64,000 nt of DNA from Tricharina praecox (lineage: Eukaryota): contig NW_026250423.1 of the NCBI RefSeq assembly GCF_024521635.1, positions 372,001 through 436,000 of the forward strand. The letters run 5' to 3'. Below are positions 57,886-64,000 of this stretch, in pieces (the first letter of the stretch is position 1; each line of letters begins with the position of its first letter). A program made the translations under genes and the position numbers. The notes beneath the pieces were generated by a model. That model did not search any database, was not told the DNA's origin, and was given only the letters and a program-made list of their open reading frames with translations.

Positions 57886-59339
57886 CTAATCCTCCTCCGC
57901 AGCCAAAGTCATCTCCACATCATCCAACCAAAAATCTTCGAAGCCCTCGGCGGCCCCGTCCGCGGTGCCAGGACAGACGACGCGGACGCTAACCGGCTGG
58001 AACTCGACAGTTGGCATGTACTCCGCCGTAGTCTGCGTCCAGGTCCTCAACGCGCTGTTCGGATCCGAGGTCGCGAGGGTGACCCCATCGATCGAGAACG
58101 TGGCCGCACACCTACTCTCAGCATTGGTGCTCCTCGTCCACGCCGAGAAGTTGTAGCGGCGGCCGACGCACATACGTACGCTCTGCGCGATGGTGATGAA
58201 GCTGTTTGCGTTGTCAGAGCGAGGGATACGGAAGAGTAGGCTGCGTGTGCCGCTGCGTGTCGGGTTGGCGGGCACGCCTACTCGGTTGTCGGTCTGCCCG
58301 TTGCCCTGAGAGCTGATTATGTTCCAGGGAGAGGAGTTGCCAGAGGAGTCCTCGAAGCCGCTGTTGCGGATCACGGAGGTGAGCGTGCACACGGGAGGCG
58401 TCGCTGTGGGGTCCGGGTTGGCTCTGAGGGCGGGTTAGCTGGGCTGGGGTACGTGGGATCGGGGGATGGTTTCTTACCCTGTTCCGCTGGCGGTGATGGT
58501 CGTGGTGACGGTAGTAGGGAGACCGGGGATCGAAATCGTGGACAGGACAGTGCGGGTGACGGTAGGGCCGTTGATCGTCGAAGTGACTGTACGATTAGTC
58601 CCCTCACGGGTGATCATTGAGATGACGGTACGAGTCGTCCCCGCCCCGGTGATCGTCGAAGTGACTGTGCGGTTCATTCCCTCATTGGTGAGTGTCGAGG
58701 TGACGGTACGAGTCGTCCCCGCCTCGGTGATTGTCGAAGTGACTGTACGATTCGTCCCCTCACCGGCGATCGTCGAGGTGATAGTGCGGGTAGTCCCAGG
58801 CGCAGTGATCGTCGATATAAGGGTACTGATAGTTCCCGACCCCGACACTGGGACAAATACGGTACTGGTGACGATTGGCCTAGACGTAATCGTCGAAGTG
58901 GTTCCGGGCCCAGGAACAGTGACGGTGAAGACGTCAGTTCCGGGAATGGTGACGGTCGTTCCCTCGCCTGGGATTTCGACCGTGCTCGTCATGACGACGG
59001 TGCTGATATCACCAGTACGGGTGACAGTGGCCGTGGTAGGTCTGACAATGGTGACCGTAGTCGTTCCCGACCCCGTCGAAGTCACGGTCTGCGTGCGAGT
59101 ATGGTACCCATTGTACTTAGTGATGTACCTGGTGTAGCTGCGGGTCATGGTATGGTGCTTCCACAACCACTTGGTACTGCTAACAGTCAGACTAATACTA
59201 CCCATCTCTGCGAGATAATCAGGGCTTACGTGTCCGGGCAACGATCACGGTTGCGCCAGTCATCCAGCTGTGGGACGGCAGTGACATGGACGAGGGTTGA
59301 GGCGAGAGCAAGGAGAGAGGTAATGACGGTGAACTTCAT
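57886..59339 (-). CDS. Secreted Thr-rich repeat protein with a C-terminal galactose-binding/CBM4_9-like domain
   Basis: Exons 59339-59230, 59176-58478, 58423-57886. Signal peptide MKFTVITSLLALASTLVHVTA, 15-aa repeats (TITxxGTxRTVTS), and a domain starting IRNSGFE..PW and ending WLDDV. Confidence 0.75.
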
Positions 59340-61294
59340 GGTGACGGAGAAGTTGGCCGTGGACTGAGCTTTTACAAAGGAGTGGAAGAATGAATGTGGG
59401 CACCTAGGTTGGTGGAAGTCGGTGGGTTGTCCCGGGAGATTTTGGGGGAGATTTTGGGAGGTTTATATCCTGTCTGGACAGGAATGCGACGCCGAAAAGA
59501 AAGCGTGATGGATCTCAAGATGGCAGTGTTTGACCGCAATAGGTATTATACCAGTGGTGCACAGAAGAACTATTCCGGCCAGGTATCCACATGTCTCACG
59601 CATGCTCATCTTTCCAGCACGCACATGGCTTCCGAGCTCGGTTTGCCGTGTTCCAATAGCAGAACACACTCTTCAGCCCGTGCACCTCAGCTATAGCTAT
59701 CCAAAGCTCCCTGTTTAGATCTCTCGATTCATTCATGGCGATCAATGATGTTTCTACCCCTGATTGAGCAAGTGATTGTCGTCGTCTCTTTTCGCTATCC
59801 TCACTATGGTTCAAGCCCCATCTCAATCCCGCCATAGGCCATCTTTCTTCGCCGGATGAAGAGCCAGCTTATTCTTCGGCCATGCGTGGAAGATTATTCG
59901 TTCTCAGGTCCTGCATGAAAGGCCGCATCTTTTCAGAAATCTAGCACTCCATTGAATTAGGGCGGTAGGATGCTTTACTCTCACCGTCCTTCACTTTGTA
60001 TGTAGAAATATATACAGATTCTGCATCCTAAGCCCATACCGAATCCAGCCTGAAACCTGCCTTCGGGATCTTTTTGTTTCATTTGCAAATTTGTATTATT
60101 TAGCCACCACAACTATCATAACCACCACCACCATGATTACAACCACAGCCATGATCGACAGATACACCTGGCTGGGGGAGACAAAGGCCTCGTATGTACC
60201 GTGCTGCGTATTATTCCTATGTGCCCCTGATCCACAGACCGGATATATGGTGATTAATTTCACGGCCCAAAAAGCCATGGCTGGCGACAGATCGCTAGAA
60301 ACATCGGTCGAGTCGATGCGGATATGTGCAGCGGCAGAAGACAGATGGATAGATCAATGGATGTAAATGGGGGGCGGGTGGTTCTATGGAGAAAACTTGC
60401 TGTTTTCTAGCTGCAGCGCTGGTGATTCGAAAGGAGTAGGTATTCTGTATGCCCGACGAACAGATGTGTTCGTATATACCCACCTCCACCGCCACAACCA
60501 CCACCACCATCGAGCTCCCAAGAGAATTTCGTGAGGGGGGAGGCTGCTGAGTCTGGGCAATAGGATATTCAACGCAATCCAGGGGTATTGAAGATGATTT
60601 CAGTCTGTGTTGTTTTGGTTGATCATGGTCGTATTTAAACCACAGATATTACCTCTGACGGCGTACACCTTCCTCCCCATCCTATCCACAGTCCTCCGGA
60701 TCGCTGGCTCGGTATGACGGCCTTATGTTGGGCTGGGCCAGGCATTTCTGGAAAAGATCAGACATCTGTGAGTGATACGCTATGACTACATATTATTGCA
60801 TGGGACCGCCCAGCAATCTGGATGCGCAGCTGGTTCTGGTCCGTTCCCAGATGTCCACCGAGGGAGCCGAAGAAGTCGACCCGGTTTATGAGTGCACTCG
60901 GATGTAGTCTAAAAATAAAAAAAGATTCTCGGAGGCGAATCTAGGCGTGATTTGTTCGACGATAAATCAACAGCGCTTCCACCAAGTCCAGCTACCCGTT
61001 CATTGCTTCCAGTTCCCATCAGGTTCGCTGTTACAAAGGCCATCACTCGTACATACTCTCGTTGGCCAATCAGCACGCACGCTATTGACGCCGAAAAGCA
61101 ATTAATGAGCTCCCAAACAAAAAAGGCTATTTACGCCGAACCCCCGCCTCGCTTGTCGCGACTCAAATGCCGAAGGGCCGACGCTCGGCGCCCCACCAAA
61201 AGCGCACGCACGTCATCCTATCAACCCCACGCGCAACAAAGTACCCAGGGGTGATCGTAAAACCATTTACAAGTTATCTTTCGCTCTCCATCTC

Positions 61295-62341
61295 ATGCTC
61301 CGTCGCTTCATCACACGCACCCTCACTCACAACATTACACACCTCCGCGCAATGTCGCTTTCGGCTATGGGAACCCGTCTCTCCGGCAAGACAGTGTTGA
61401 TTACCGGCGCTTCGTCCGGGATCGGCCGGGCTACCGCGTTCGAGTTCTCAAGGACCGCGCCGGATATCAAGCTTATTCTGACGGCACGGAGGATCGATAC
61501 GCTGAAGGAGGTGGCGGCACAGATCGAGGAGGAGAGTAAGGGACGTACGAAGGTCTTGCCGGTGAAGTTTGATGTTTCGGATCCAAAGGAAGTCGCCAGC
61601 TTTGTAGAGGGATTGCCCGAGGAGTGGAGAGCGATCGATGTTTTGGTTAATAATGCGTACGTCTTCTAGCCTATGGATGGGGCTGGTATGGGGGGCAGTG
61701 CTAATGTTTCCATGTCGCAGCGGTTTGGTCAAGGGCTTGGACAAAGTCGGCGAGATCGCGGAGGAGGACGTGAACATCATGATGACTACAAACGTGATCG
61801 GGCTCATCGGCGTACGTCTGTCCTCACTTTGGTTCTGCACGTCGCATACTAAAAGATATCCCCCGGCGCAGTTGACCCAGCAAATCGTGAAGATCTTCCA
61901 CGCACGCGGCGGAAAGGGCGATATCATCAATATCGGCTCCATCGCCGGCCGTGATCCCTACGCTGGCGGATCAATATACTGCGCTACTAAGGCTGCCGTC
62001 CGTGCGTTCTCGGACTCCCTGAGGAAAGAGTTGATCGCCACGAAGATCCGTGTGATGGTCGTGGACCCAGGACAAGTCGAGACGGAGTTCTCGGTTGTTA
62101 GGTTCCGTGGGGACAAGGCGAAAGCCGACGCTGTCTATGCGTAAGCTCCCTCAAGTACATAGGATGACGAATGACGCATGGCTAACGAGTGAATAGCGAC
62201 GTGGATCCGCTGACAGCTGAGGACATTGCTGAGGTCGTGGTTTTTGTGGCTGGCAGGAAGGAGAATGTTGTCGTGGCTGATACACTGGTGTTTCCAAGCC
62301 ACCAGGCAGGTGCGGGCGTGATGCACAGGAAGTCAGCCTAG
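61295..62341 (+). CDS. NADP-dependent short-chain dehydrogenase (YMR226C/YdfG-like)
   Basis: Introns 61656-61720, 61812-61871, 62141-62196. Motifs ITGASSGIG, LVNNAG, NIGSIAG, YCATK, PGQVETEFSVVRFRGD. Confidence 0.92.
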
Positions 62342-62856
62342 AAGGTGGATGACTGTACATAGGTGATCTTTGTCTACATGTGAATTGATTGATACCTTTC
62401 CTCTGTAAGGGTCCGAGCGCTGAAGGCTATCCAGTGATGCCACATATATGTATTCGTCTGCATATTGCTCAGCAAGAAAAAAAAAGTCTATATGTTGTTC
62501 CAAATCCATACTAGAATGAGTTTATCTTCCAAATCAATCTAGGTCATTCCGATTGGCCACCATTCATTTCTACAGCTCGCCATCCATCCTCGCCATTCAT
62601 CCGTAGTTGGCGATTGCTTCTTGTATCACTCCGCCCTTCGCACGTCAACGATTTCAGTTGAATAGTCTAGTGTTTGTTTGTGGTGTCAAACTAGCAGTGC
62701 AGCTTTCGATGAGCAGCGGAGATCGAAACGAATAGAGTTATGCAAGCTTTAAGCTTAAATTGGGACAGGTGGAGCTACACTTCCAGGTTTGCTTGGGCAT
62801 TTAAGCTCGACTGGTTGGGATAAACCATCCTTCTCCTCCCTACAAGCTACATTCAC

Positions 62857-62936
62857 AGCACATCTTGACATCTTGACACCGGCACTCAACACCTAAGCAC
62901 ATCTTGACACCTTGACACCAGCACTCAACACCCAAG
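62857..62936. repeat. 39-bp tandem duplication in the leader of the last gene
   Basis: AGCACATCTTGACATCTTGACACCGGCACTCAACACCTA twice, with a few mismatches. Confidence 0.85.
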
Positions 62937-62961
62937 TCAATCAACAACACCGCAACTCACC

Positions 62962-64000
62962 ATGTCAAAACCCTTGGATAGATTCGTGGAAATAGAGGTT
63001 TCTACTGCTCCTGCTCCTCGTTCGTCTGACAGGTAAGAGTCCGCCCTGCGTGCCGTCCGCTACCTTTACTGACCAAATTTCCTCCGGTAGCATGATTGAC
63101 ATGGTTCTACAGCCCAACCAGACAATGATTGTGCTCTGCGGGGCGATGCACGAATTCATCGCAGCAGTAACAATAGCCAAGAGAGCTGCTGGCTTGGTGA
63201 CTGTCATTCCCGTCTGCGACTCCCCGAAGATCCTGCTCGTCCTTGCAATCCATCAGTCGAAGCCGAAGATTTGGCGATCAGTCCCAGTCGACTGCAGCCA
63301 GTTCATTACCAGGATCAACATGATGTGGTGGCTGTCCCCGATCAATCGCCGCCTAGCAGAAGTCGCGGATATCAACATGCGTCTGGGCATTAAAGAGGCA
63401 TTCTCGAAAGGGCTTGGGAAGCTGCACTTCGCTGTGGAAGGATTGGAGAAGCTATGTTTGGGAGAGGGGAAGGTGGTTGTGCAAGGGCTGAAGTCTGGGC
63501 TCGAGGGGTTTCACTTGAAAATATCCTCCGCTCATCCTTTTCCTCTTCTTCTTCCTCCTCCTCCTCCTACTACTAATACTTCTTCCTCTCCTCCCACTCT
63601 CGCTCCTCCTGATCTTCCTCCTCCTGATCTTCCTCCTCCTGATCTTCCTCCTCGCCCCACTGCTAAAACTACTTCTCGTTCCCCCCCCGCTCTTCCACCT
63701 CGCCCACCAAACCACGCTTGGGTCCCTTTCGATGACGACGATGACGACGAGGACAGCGAGGACGATGAGGACGACGACGATGACGACTACGAGCTGCTTA
63801 TGAAGGCAAACACCAATTCCCATCCCTTCCGTGGCATTCCAGACGTTCGACGAACCTGCGCCGACAACCGGTTCTGCTGCAAGCACCGATGCATAGTCAC
63901 GACGATCACACCGGAGGGGCAAGTATTCCACTTTCCCTGCTCCGAACCGCTGGTGCCTCCGAAGCTGTCTGGGTACAGACCCGCGCTCTGGCAGAGATAC
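62962..64000 (+). CDS. Orphan Pro-rich/Asp-rich protein, truncated by the window end
   Basis: ATG at 62962 (context CACCATG), intron 63033-63090 (GTAAGA..ACTGAC..TAG). The frame then stays open to 64000 with (PPPDL)n, PALPPRP and poly-Asp. It is absent from the ORF track because it has no stop in the window. Confidence 0.65.

Noticed and set aside
59762..59828. tRNA-like hairpin (GATTGAG...GGTTCAAGCCCCAT-CTCAATC)
   Set aside because: No cloverleaf; lacks U8, the D-loop GG and an anticodon stem.
29982..62341. Secondary-metabolite or carbohydrate-utilisation cluster (GH3, GH15, SDR, CBM-like protein)
   Set aside because: The genes are dispersed among housekeeping genes, with no backbone synthase, transporter or pathway-specific regulator.

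Overview
Gene-dense window of a filamentous ascomycete genome: short GT-AG introns with CTRAY branch points, and an inferred Pezizomycete-like lineage. I can support about 21 protein-coding genes. Recognisable ones are a PHO4/NUC-1-type bHLH factor, HSP90, the divergent pairs RPB6<->TFIIIA, UTP5<->RRP12 and RRP9<->PRE1, a membrane-anchored GH3 beta-glucosidase, a GH15 glucoamylase, an F-box protein, a MYND-finger protein, an AT-hook/Myb protein, an FPY1-like molybdopterin-binding-domain protein, a secreted Thr-rich/CBM-like protein and a YMR226C-like SDR. The rest are orphans. Mobile DNA comprises two short TIR elements (MITEs, 3816-4214 and 35935-36522), a 5'-truncated LINE remnant upstream of HSP90, and an ORF ending in a retrotransposon gag-associated motif. 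No tRNA, rRNA or CRISPR could be supported. The most notable observations are: five ribosome-biogenesis/Pol III-related genes within about 23 kb, two of whose promoters share an ATGCGGCT motif; a Met-to-Phe change in the Hsp90 ATP pocket; a PRE1 start codon that is only productive after splicing; a GC-AG intron in the GH3 gene; and two neighbouring dual-start (mitochondrial/cytosolic) genes. All gene models were derived by eye, with no database search. I found no clearly novel multi-gene system; the candidates are flagged as hypotheses.
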